From NCBI GenBank assembly GCA_036406615.1, contig DASXAQ010000103.1, positions 4,574-68,573 on the forward strand: DNA of 64,000 bases, given 5' to 3'. The position numbers and the translations under genes are program-made. Source of the DNA: Actinomycetota bacterium (GTDB taxonomy: Bacteria > Actinomycetota > UBA4738). The notes under the pieces are model-generated. The model was given only the letters and a program-made list of their open reading frames with translations. It searched no databases and had not been told where the DNA came from. Of this stretch, positions 20,209 to 28,459 are shown in pieces; the first letter of the stretch is position 1, and each line of letters opens with the position of its first letter.

Positions 20209-21359
20209 CCGTGGGCGCGGCGCCCCCCTCGACGCACGCGCGCGGACGATTCCGCCCGACCGTCGCGACGATCGACCTGGATGCCGTTCGGCACAACGTG
20301 TCGCTGATCCGGCCGGCCGGGGCCGCGCTCATGGCGGTGGTCAAGGCCGACGGCTACGGGCACGGCGCGTCCGAGGTGGCGCGTGCCGCCCTGGAGGCCG
20401 GCGCCGCGTGGCTCGGCGTGGCACTGGTCGAGGAGGGCATTCGGCTTCGCGACTCCGGGATCGATGCGCCGGTCCTGGTGCTTGCCGAGTTTCCGCCGGG
20501 TTCGGAGGCCGACGCGCTCGCGGCCGGCCTGACGCCCACCGTGTACTCGCCGGAAGCGATCCGCGCGATCGCCGGCGCGCGCGGGTCGGCGCATCCCATC
20601 GGACCCGTCGGCGTCCACATCAAGGTGGATACCGGCATGCACCGCGTCGGCGCCGCGCCCGGCGATGCCGCCGGGCTCGTTCGCGCTGCCGTCGCTGCCG
20701 GGCTGAGCGTCGATGGGCTGTGGACGCACCTTGCCGTGGCCGACGAGGGCGGCGACCCGTACACGGACCGGCAGCTCGAGCGGTTCCGCGCCGCGGCGGC
20801 GGAGGTCGCGGCCGACGGCGTCCGTCCGATCCTGCACGCGGCGAACAGCGCCGCGCTCCTGTCGCGCCCCGACGCCCACTTCGATCTCGTTCGCGCCGGC
20901 ATCGCGGTGTACGGCCTGTCGCCGGATCCGGCGCTCGATTCCGGGGCAGCCGGCCTTCGCCCCGCCATGTCGTGGACGAGCCGCGTGTCGTTCGTGAAGC
21001 GCCTCGCGGGGGCCGAGGCCCTCGGCTACGGGCTTCGGTACCGCCTCGACCGCCGGGCGAACGTTGCGACGGTGCCCGTCGGGTACGGCGACGGGTACGC
21101 GCGCGCGCTGTCCGGCCGGGCTTCGGTGCTGATCCGTGGCCGCCGTCGCCCGGTCGCCGGCACGATCTCGATGGACCAGCTGCTCGTGGACGTCGGCGAC
21201 GATCCGGTGCGGGCCGGCGAGGAGGTCGTGCTGCTCGGCCGGCAGGGCGATGAGGAGATCACCGCCGGGGAGCTCGCGCGGCTCGCGGGCACGATCGCGT
21301 ACGAGGTGGTCTGCGCCGTCGGGCGACGCGTCCCCAGGGAGTACGTGCATGTCGGGTGA
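20205..21359 (+). CDS. alr: Alanine racemase
   Basis: AVVKADGYGHG PLP-lysine motif. GTG start overlaps the nnr stop. Confidence 0.9.
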   Translation: MTVGAAPPSTHARGRFRPTVATIDLDAVRHNVSLIRPAGAALMAVVKADGYGHGASEVARAALEAGAAWLGVALVEEGIRLRDSGIDAPVLVLAEFPPGSEADALAAGLTPTVYSPEAIRAIAGARGSAHPIGPVGVHIKVDTGMHRVGAAPGDAAGLVRAAVAAGLSVDGLWTHLAVADEGGDPYTDRQLERFRAAAAEVAADGVRPILHAANSAALLSRPDAHFDLVRAGIAVYGLSPDPALDSGAAGLRPAMSWTSRVSFVKRLAGAEALGYGLRYRLDRRANVATVPVGYGDGYARALSGRASVLIRGRRRPVAGTISMDQLLVDVGDDPVRAGEEVVLLGRQGDEEITAGELARLAGTIAYEVVCAVGRRVPREYVHVG

Positions 21360-22518
21360 CGCCCGGCCCACCGACGGCGCCGGAGCGAACGACGCGACGG
21401 GCCCGGCGCCCGGCCGCGGGGCGTGGGCCGCGCTCGCGAAACCCCTGGCCGCGGCCGCGCTCGCTCTCGGCGCCCTCGCGATCGGCGCCGCGGTCGAGCG
21501 CGCGGTCGTCCGGCGGGCGCGATCGGTGCCGGACCCGTCCGCGGGGGATCCGCTGGCCGAGCGGCCGGGCGCGAACCGGATGGTCGCCTCCTTCGACGGC
21601 ACGCGGCTGGCCGTCGCCCAGATCGGTCCCGGTGCGACGGAGACCGCGGGGCGCCGGGGTGGGAGCCGCACGTCCGAGCCCACGCTGGTGTTCCTCCACG
21701 GCTTCAGCCTGGACGTCGCCGCGTGGCACTACCAGTGGACGCACTTCTCCGAACGCTACCGCTGCGTGCTGTACGACGCGCGCGGGCACGGCGACAGCGA
21801 ACGCGCGGCGAGCGGCGACTACTCCGTCGAGGCGCTCGGCCGCGACCTGCTGGCGGTGATGGACGCCGCGTGCGGCGACGCGCCGGCCGTGCTGATCGGC
21901 CACAGCATGGGCGGCATGACGATCCTGTCGCTTGCGGCGGTGCGCCCCGAAGCGTTCGGCGATCGGATCGCCGGCGTCGTGCTCGCCGACACGGCCGCCA
22001 GCGACGTGGTGCAGGAAGGCGCGGGCGGGATGCTCGCGCGACTCGAGGCGGCGCTGCGCCCGTCGGTGCGAGCCCTCGCCGGTGACCGCGCGCGTGCGGA
22101 GCGGGTGCGCACGCTCGCCGCCGCGCGCCGCGCGGACCTGGCGTTCCTGGTCGCGCGCGCGACGAACTTCGCGCCGGGCGCGCCGCCGTCGCTCGTCGAC
22201 CACGTCGTGCGCGCGGCGCTGGCCGCCGACGTGGAGATCTGGCCCAAGCTGCTGCCGGGCCTGGTGGCCGTCGACCTTCGCCCGGCGCTGCGGGACGTGC
22301 GCGTGCCGGCGCTGGTCGTCGCGGGGGCGCGGGATCGGATGACGTCGTCGAGGTCGGCCGTCGCGCTGGCCGGGGACCTTCCGGACGCGCGGGCGGTGAT
22401 CCTGGACGGCGCGGGTCACGCCGCGCCGCTGGAGCAGCCGGCGGCGTTCAACGACGAGGTCGGCCGCTTCCTGGATGGGCTCGCGCAGCGGCGCGGGGCG
22501 CGGCGGCGGGCCGGATGA
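21349..22518 (+). CDS. Alpha/beta-hydrolase fold protein with an N-terminal membrane anchor
   Basis: LVFLHGFSLD and IGHSMGG nucleophile-elbow motif, plus C-terminal DGAGHAAPLEQP. Confidence 0.75.
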   Translation: MSGDARPTDGAGANDATGPAPGRGAWAALAKPLAAAALALGALAIGAAVERAVVRRARSVPDPSAGDPLAERPGANRMVASFDGTRLAVAQIGPGATETAGRRGGSRTSEPTLVFLHGFSLDVAAWHYQWTHFSERYRCVLYDARGHGDSERAASGDYSVEALGRDLLAVMDAACGDAPAVLIGHSMGGMTILSLAAVRPEAFGDRIAGVVLADTAASDVVQEGAGGMLARLEAALRPSVRALAGDRARAERVRTLAAARRADLAFLVARATNFAPGAPPSLVDHVVRAALAADVEIWPKLLPGLVAVDLRPALRDVRVPALVVAGARDRMTSSRSAVALAGDLPDARAVILDGAGHAAPLEQPAAFNDEVGRFLDGLAQRRGARRRAG

Positions 22519-23468
22519 TCACGCGCGTCCCGGGGATCCGTGTGGGCCACTGGACAGACTTGGCCGGCCTGACGGGATGCACCGTGGTGCTGACCCCCCC
22601 GGGCACCGTGGGTTCCGGCGAGGTCCGCGGCGGAGCGCCGGGCACGCGCGAGACCGACCTGCTCCGGCCGGGCACGCTGGTGCAGGAGGTGAACGCCGTC
22701 CTGCTCACGGGCGGCAGCGCGTTCGGCCTGGCCGCCGCCGACGGCGTGATGTCGTACCTCGAATCCCGCGGCGAGGGCTACGACGCGGGCGTGGCGCGCG
22801 TGCCGATCGTTCCCGCGGCGGTGCTGTTCGACCTGGACGTGGGCGACCCGGCGGCCAGGCCGGGTGCCGAGGACGGCCGCGCGGCGTGCGAGGCCGCCGC
22901 CGACGGTGACGTCGCCGAGGGCAACGTGGGGGCCGGGACCGGCGCGACGGTGGCCAAGCTCAACGGCCGCGACGGGGCGTTGAAGGGCGGGATCGGCTCC
23001 GCATCGGCCGAGGCCGGCGGGCTGATCGTCGGCGCGATCGCCGCCGTGAACGCCCTCGGCGAGATCGTGGACGAGGACGGCTCGACGCTGGCCGCCTCCC
23101 GGATCCCCGCGCCGGCCAACGACGCCGTCCCGTCGACGAGCGAGGCATCGCCGCCGGGCGACCAGCCGCCGACCGCCGGGACGAACACGACCCTGGTCGT
23201 CGTGGCGACGAACGCCCGGCTCGGCAAGGAGCGCGCACACCTGCTCTGCCTCGCGGCGCACGATGGCCTGGCCGCCGCCATCCGCCCGGCGCATACAATC
23301 TGGGACGGCGACACGGCCTTCGCGCTCGCGACGGGTCAGATCGACGCGGACCAGCGTGCGGTCGAGGCGCTGGCGGTCGACGCCGTCGGGGACGCCATCC
23401 GGCGGGCGGTGCTCGCCGCGACGGGCGTACCGGGCTTCCCCTCGGCACGGGAGGTGGCAGGAGCATGA
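22515..23468 (+). CDS. P1/S58-family peptidase (DmpA/L-aminopeptidase-like)
   Basis: GIRVGHWTD...GCTVVL...VLLTGGSAFGL and TNTTLVVVATNA motifs typical of DmpA/OAT-fold peptidases. Confidence 0.7.
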   Translation: MITRVPGIRVGHWTDLAGLTGCTVVLTPPGTVGSGEVRGGAPGTRETDLLRPGTLVQEVNAVLLTGGSAFGLAAADGVMSYLESRGEGYDAGVARVPIVPAAVLFDLDVGDPAARPGAEDGRAACEAAADGDVAEGNVGAGTGATVAKLNGRDGALKGGIGSASAEAGGLIVGAIAAVNALGEIVDEDGSTLAASRIPAPANDAVPSTSEASPPGDQPPTAGTNTTLVVVATNARLGKERAHLLCLAAHDGLAAAIRPAHTIWDGDTAFALATGQIDADQRAVEALAVDAVGDAIRRAVLAATGVPGFPSAREVAGA

Positions 23469-24076
23469 CCAATGTGGTCGCGACGCTTGAGGAGGTCGGG
23501 GAGCAGGCCGCGACGTGCACGCGGTGCCGCTTGGCGCAGGGCCGCACCCAGGTGGTGTTCGGCACGGGGAGCCCCGACGCCGACATCATGTTCATCGGCG
23601 AGGGCCCCGGCTATCACGAGGACAAGCAGGGCGAGCCGTTCGTCGGGGCCGCCGGTCAGTTGCTGACGAAGCTGCTCGCCGGCGTGGGCCTGTCGCGCGG
23701 CGACGTGTACATCGCGAACGTCGTCAAGTGCCGGCCGCCGGGCAACCGCGATCCGCTGCCCGACGAGATCGAATCCTGCACGCCGTGGCTGCAGGCGCAG
23801 ATCGAGCACATCCGCCCGCGCGTGATCGTGACGCTGGGCAACTTCGCGACCCGGTTCGTCCTCGGCAGGCAGGTCTCGATCAGCCGCGTGCGCGGCGAGC
23901 GGTTCGAGATCGACGGCCGCACGGTGGTCCCCACCTTCCACCCTGCGGCGATCCTGCACGGCGGGGGGGAGTCCAGTGCGCAGATGCAGTCGCTCAAGGG
24001 TGACTTCGAGCTCATCAAGCGGATCGCGGACGAGCCGCCGCCGCCCGAGCCCGAGGAGCAGCTCGGGCTGTTCTGA
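23465..24076 (+). CDS. udg: Uracil-DNA glycosylase family 4
   Basis: CTRCRL...VFGTGSPDADIMFIGEGPGYHEDKQGEPFVGAAGQLL...HPAAILHGG motifs. Confidence 0.88.
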   Translation: MTNVVATLEEVGEQAATCTRCRLAQGRTQVVFGTGSPDADIMFIGEGPGYHEDKQGEPFVGAAGQLLTKLLAGVGLSRGDVYIANVVKCRPPGNRDPLPDEIESCTPWLQAQIEHIRPRVIVTLGNFATRFVLGRQVSISRVRGERFEIDGRTVVPTFHPAAILHGGGESSAQMQSLKGDFELIKRIADEPPPPEPEEQLGLF

Positions 24077-24106
24077 GCGGGCGGCCGCGAGGGGGCCTGC
24101 CGTCGA

Positions 24107-24610
24107 ATGGGCGAAGCGATCGAGCTGATGACGACGTCGGCGGACCAGACCCGCCGCCTTGCCGCGTCGGTGGCGGGCCTGCTTCGCCCCGGCGACGTGG
24201 TCGCGCTGGCGGGCGACCTGGGCGCCGGCAAGACGACGTTCGTCCAGGGCGCGGCCTCGGCGCTCGGCGTCGAGGGCGCGGTGGTGTCACCGACCTTCAC
24301 GCTCATGCGCGAGTACGCGGGCGACATCGACGTCGTGCACGTGGACGTCTACCGCCTGGACCGCATCCACGACGTGGCCGACCTGGGGTTCGACGAGGCG
24401 CTGGAGCGGGGCGGGGTGGTCTTCGTCGAATGGGGCGACGCGATCGAGGCGCTGCTGCCGCCCTCGCGCCTGATCGTGCGCCTCACGGTCCCGGAGGGCG
24501 ACGACCTCGCGCTCGAGCGGCGCCTGGTGGCCGTGGAGTGTGTCGGCCCGGCGTGGACGTCGCGCGTCTCGGCGCTGCGGGCGGCCACGTCCGAGTGGAA
24601 GGCCGCCTGA
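24107..24610 (+). CDS. tsaE: tRNA t6A biosynthesis ATPase TsaE
   Basis: LAGDLGAGKTTFVQG P-loop, SPTFTL, and HVDVYRL motifs. Confidence 0.88.
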   Translation: MGEAIELMTTSADQTRRLAASVAGLLRPGDVVALAGDLGAGKTTFVQGAASALGVEGAVVSPTFTLMREYAGDIDVVHVDVYRLDRIHDVADLGFDEALERGGVVFVEWGDAIEALLPPSRLIVRLTVPEGDDLALERRLVAVECVGPAWTSRVSALRAATSEWKAA

Positions 24611-24611
24611 G

Positions 24612-25316
24612 GTGCTCGTCCTCGGCATCGACACGTCGACGGTGTCCACCTCGATCGCCCTCGGGACGGAGCACGGGCCGGTCGCGTCGGTTCAGGTTGC
24701 GTCCCAGACCCCGAGCCACGAGACCGTGACGCCGGCGCTGACCGGGCTGTTGGAGTGGGCGGGCGCGTCGCTGGCCTCGGTCACCGGGCTGGCCGTCGGG
24801 CTCGGCCCCGGGGCGTTCACCGGGCTTCGAGTCGGCGTCGCCATGGCCAAGACGCTTGCGCAGTCGCTCGGCGTGCCGATCGTGGGCACGCCGTCGCTCG
24901 ACGTCGTCGCGTACCCGATGCGCCAGACCCGGCGGCTGATCTGCGCCACGATCGACGCCAAGCGAGGGGAGCTGTTCTACGCCTTCTACCGGCCGTTGCC
25001 CGGCGGCGTCGCCCGCGAGACCGGCTTCGAGGCGGGGCCGCCGAGCCGTCTGGCCGCGGAGCTGGAGACGCGGCGGGAGGATATCCTGCTGGTGGGAAAC
25101 GGCTCGCTCCTGTACCGTCAGCAGCTGGAGGTGGCCGGGATCCATGTGGAGCTCGCGTCGGCGACCAGGGGGTATCCCGACGCGGCGTCGCTCGTGGAGC
25201 TCGCCGTCCCGCGGCTCCAGCGCGAGGAGTTCGACCGGCTCTACGACCTCCAGCCCTATTACGTGAGGAAGGCGGATGCGGAGATCGCTTGGGATCAGCG
25301 CCGACGAGCCGGCTGA
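24612..25316 (+). CDS. tsaB: tRNA t6A biosynthesis protein TsaB
   Basis: VLGIDTSTVSTSIAL...GLGPGAFTGLRVGVAMAKTLA matches TsaB. Confidence 0.88.
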   Translation: MLVLGIDTSTVSTSIALGTEHGPVASVQVASQTPSHETVTPALTGLLEWAGASLASVTGLAVGLGPGAFTGLRVGVAMAKTLAQSLGVPIVGTPSLDVVAYPMRQTRRLICATIDAKRGELFYAFYRPLPGGVARETGFEAGPPSRLAAELETRREDILLVGNGSLLYRQQLEVAGIHVELASATRGYPDAASLVELAVPRLQREEFDRLYDLQPYYVRKADAEIAWDQRRRAG

Positions 25317-25332
25317 GCTCGAGATCGTGCGC

Positions 25333-25827
25333 ATGCGCCGGCGCCACCTCCGCGGCGTCATGGAGATCGAGCGCCGCGTCTACCCGCGCCCGTGGAGCCC
25401 CAACCTGTTCGTCTCCGAGATGAGCGACCCGCGCAACCGGACCTACCTGGTGGCCAGGCTCGGCCGCGACGTCGTCGGCTACTCGGGCCTCATGTGCTAC
25501 GGCGAGGAGGCGCACGTCACGACCATCGCGGTGTCGCCCGACCACCATCGCCGCAAGATCGGGACCCGGCTGCTGTACGAGATCGTCCGCGAGGCGATCC
25601 GGCTGGGCGCGTCGGCGGTCTCCCTGGAGGTGCGCGTCACGAACTACGCCGCGCAGCGCCTGTACGCGCGGTTCGGGTTCCGACCCGTGGGGATCCGCAA
25701 GAATTACTACCAGGAGACCTCCGAGGATGCCCTGGTCATGTGGGCCGACGACATCCGCACCCGTGACTACCGGCACCGGCTCGAGTTCATCATCGACCAC
25801 GTCCCCTCCTTCGCCGGGCCGAACTGA
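25333..25827 (+). CDS. rimI: Ribosomal-protein-alanine N-acetyltransferase (GNAT)
   Basis: IAVSPDHHRRKIGTRLL...LEVRVTNYAAQRLYARFGF GNAT motifs. Start is ambiguous among 25276, 25327 and 25333. Confidence 0.8.
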   Translation: MRRRHLRGVMEIERRVYPRPWSPNLFVSEMSDPRNRTYLVARLGRDVVGYSGLMCYGEEAHVTTIAVSPDHHRRKIGTRLLYEIVREAIRLGASAVSLEVRVTNYAAQRLYARFGFRPVGIRKNYYQETSEDALVMWADDIRTRDYRHRLEFIIDHVPSFAGPN

Positions 25828-25842
25828 CGACGCGGGGGTCGC

Positions 25843-26847
25843 GTGCGAATCCTGGGCATCGAGACCTCCTGTGACGAGACGGCCGTCGCGGTGGTGCAGG
25901 ACGGGCGCACCGTGCTGTCGAACCTCATCGCGAGCCAGGCGCACCTGCACGAGCGTTTCGGCGGCGTCGTGCCCGAGGTCGCGTCCCGCGCGCACCTCGA
26001 GAACATCAACCCGCTGATCGACCTGGCGCTTGACGCGGCCGGCTGCGGGCTGGGCGACGTCGACGCGGTGGCGGTCACCGTAGGACCGGGGCTGGTCGGC
26101 GCGCTACTGGTGGGGATGGCTGCCGCGAAGGCCCTGGCGCTCGGCCTCGGCGTCCCGTTCGTCGGCGTGAACCACCTCGAGGGACACATCTACGCGAACG
26201 TGATCGAGCACGGTCCGTTCGACGAGCCGTACGTCGCGTTCCTGGTCTCCGGCGGCCATACGATGCTGGTGTACGTCCCGCGCCCGCACGCGTACGAGCT
26301 CCTCGGCCAGACGCTCGACGACGCCGCGGGCGAGGCGTTCGACAAGATCGCGCGCTTCCTCGGGCTCGGCTTCCCCGGCGGTCCGGCCCTGGACGCGCTG
26401 GCGCGCAAGGGGAATCCGTCGGCCGTGCGGTTCCCCCGCGCGCTGAACGAACCCGGCTCGTACGACTTCTCCCTGTCGGGGCTGAAGACCGCGGTCGTGC
26501 GGCACGTGAAGGCCGAGCGCGCGCGGGGCGAGCGGACGTCCGACGAGGACCTGGCGGCGTCGTTCCAGGAGGCGGTTGTCGAAGTCCAGGTCGACAAGAC
26601 GATGGCAGCCGCGCTGGACCGGGGCGTGCGCACGATCGTGCTGGGCGGCGGCGTCGTTGCCAACACGCGGCTTCGCGAGCTGATGGCCGAGCGCGCACGC
26701 GACGGCGGAATGCGGCTGATGATCCCGCCGACGGACCTGTGCACCGACAACGCGGCGATGATCGCGGCGGCCGGCTACTACCGGCTGGCGGCCGGGGAAC
26801 GCACGCCGCTGTCGGTCGGCGCGAACCCGTCGCTGGCGCTGGCATGA
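25843..26847 (+). CDS. tsaD: tRNA N6-adenosine threonylcarbamoyltransferase TsaD
   Basis: MRILGIETSCDETAVAV...GVNHLEGH...SGGVVAN Kae1/Gcp motifs. Confidence 0.93.
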   Translation: MRILGIETSCDETAVAVVQDGRTVLSNLIASQAHLHERFGGVVPEVASRAHLENINPLIDLALDAAGCGLGDVDAVAVTVGPGLVGALLVGMAAAKALALGLGVPFVGVNHLEGHIYANVIEHGPFDEPYVAFLVSGGHTMLVYVPRPHAYELLGQTLDDAAGEAFDKIARFLGLGFPGGPALDALARKGNPSAVRFPRALNEPGSYDFSLSGLKTAVVRHVKAERARGERTSDEDLAASFQEAVVEVQVDKTMAAALDRGVRTIVLGGGVVANTRLRELMAERARDGGMRLMIPPTDLCTDNAAMIAAAGYYRLAAGERTPLSVGANPSLALA

Positions 26848-27782
26848 GCACCTACCTGGTCACCGGGGGCGCCGGGTTCATCGGGTCGCACCTGTGCGAC
26901 CGGCTGCTGGCCGAAGGCAAGCGGGTCGTGGCGGTCGACGACCTGTCGGGCGGGCGGATCGCGAACCTGGTGGAGTCGCGCGCGTACGGACAGCAGTTCA
27001 CGTTCTACAACGTGGACATCCGCGCCGAGGGCCTGGTCACGATCTTCGAACGGCACCAACCCGAGGTCGTCGTGCACCTGGCCGCGCGGCGGGGCGACCG
27101 CGGCGCGCCCGACCCGATGGCCGACGCCAGCGTCGGCGTGCTCGGACTGCTGAACGTGCTGGAGTGCGCCGTCGCGACCGGCGCGCGCAAGGCCGTGTAC
27201 GCGTCGACGGCGGCCGTGTACGGCGACCAGCGGCGCCTTCCGGCCAAGGAGTCGGTGATCGGCTCCTCGCGCCCGCTCACCCCGGCCGCCATCGCGGCGA
27301 AGCTCGCGGCCGACTACCTCCGGTTCTACGAGCGGTACCGGGGGATCGAGCAGACCGCGCTGGTGCTCGGCAGCGTGTACGGCCCGCGGCAGGCTGCGGA
27401 CGAAGGCCGCGGGGTGGTCGGGGTCATGGCGGCGAAGATGCTGTCCGGCGAGCAGCCGGTCATCTTCGGCGACGGGAACCAGACCCGGGACTTCGTCTTC
27501 CTGGACGATGCGGTCCACGCGTTCTCGCTCGCCGCGGACCGCGGGGCCGGGCGCGTGATCAACATCGGTACCTCGGTCGAGACCAGCGTCAACGGCGTGT
27601 TTCGCATGCTGGCCGAGATCGTCGGGTACCGTGGGCAGCCGGTCTTCGGGCCGCCGGGAGTCGGCGAGGTGCGGCGAAGCCTGCTCGACAACGAGCTCGC
27701 CGAGCGAGAGCTCGGCTGGAAGCCGTGGACGCACCTCGAGGACGGGCTGGCCGAGACCGTCGCGGCGATGCGCCACGGCTGA
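26844..27782 (+). CDS. NAD-dependent epimerase/dehydratase (short-chain dehydrogenase/reductase (SDR), UDP-hexose 4-epimerase-like)
   Basis: YLVTGGAGFIGSHL Rossmann motif and YASTAAVYGD. ATG overlaps the tsaD stop (ATGA). Confidence 0.8.
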   Translation: MSTYLVTGGAGFIGSHLCDRLLAEGKRVVAVDDLSGGRIANLVESRAYGQQFTFYNVDIRAEGLVTIFERHQPEVVVHLAARRGDRGAPDPMADASVGVLGLLNVLECAVATGARKAVYASTAAVYGDQRRLPAKESVIGSSRPLTPAAIAAKLAADYLRFYERYRGIEQTALVLGSVYGPRQAADEGRGVVGVMAAKMLSGEQPVIFGDGNQTRDFVFLDDAVHAFSLAADRGAGRVINIGTSVETSVNGVFRMLAEIVGYRGQPVFGPPGVGEVRRSLLDNELAERELGWKPWTHLEDGLAETVAAMRHG

Positions 27783-27845
27783 GCCCCGCCGGTCAAGGGC
27801 GGGAGCCCCTCGGTCGATGCTCCTGGTGAGAGGGGTTGTGTCGCC

Positions 27846-28286
27846 ATGCCAACCGAGTCCTGCGCTTCCTGCGGCGCCCGGCTCTCGCCGGACGTCGACT
27901 GGTGCGGCCAGTGCTACCAGCCGGTGCGAACCGCCCCGGCGCCCGCGCCGGCCGCGACCGCTGTGCGCCCCGCTGCGCCCGCTCCGGACGTCAAGGCGTC
28001 GGCCCAGCCGGCAACCGCGGCCGGTGACGCCGGGGTCGACCCGGCGGTCATGGCCCGGTTCGACCTCGAGCTGGCCAGCCTGCGGACGCGCTCCGGGCGG
28101 GTGTCGAAGGCCGAGATGGGCGGCGTGGTCGCGGGGATCGTCGGCCTGGCGCTGGCGGCGGAGGTCGCCCTTACGGTGATCCACGGCCTGGGCGGCGTTC
28201 TGGTGGCCATGTGCGCCCTGGGATGCACAGTCGTTCCGCTGCGGGCCATGTGGCGCAAGGCCAAGGCCGCCGGGGTGACCGGCTGA
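27846..28286 (+). CDS. Hypothetical protein with an N-terminal zinc ribbon and a C-terminal transmembrane segment
   Basis: CASCGARLSPDVDWCGQCYQP (CxxC...CxxC), an Ala/Pro-rich linker, and a hydrophobic C-terminal stretch. Confidence 0.55.
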   Translation: MPTESCASCGARLSPDVDWCGQCYQPVRTAPAPAPAATAVRPAAPAPDVKASAQPATAAGDAGVDPAVMARFDLELASLRTRSGRVSKAEMGGVVAGIVGLALAAEVALTVIHGLGGVLVAMCALGCTVVPLRAMWRKAKAAGVTG

Positions 28287-28378
28287 GCCCGGACCGGCGA
28301 GCCTGTACACTCTCGGGACGCGCCGAAAGGTTCGCGACCAGGCCAAATGGACGGGGTCGGGTATGGGCCTTGGGGGGA

Positions 28379-28407
28379 TTGACGCTTTTCGACTTGCGTG
28401 TGATAGT
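28379..28407 (+). promoter_or_regulatory. Putative sigma-70-type promoter TTGACG-N17-GATAGT (TG-extended) upstream of the radical-SAM gene
   Basis: Pattern match within the 173-bp lower-GC intergenic region. It lies ~50 bp upstream of the ATG at 28460. Confidence 0.35.
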
Positions 28408-28459
28408 CCCGTAAAGGTGACGAATCCCGCATTTATGCGGGCAGAGAGGGGCCAAATCC

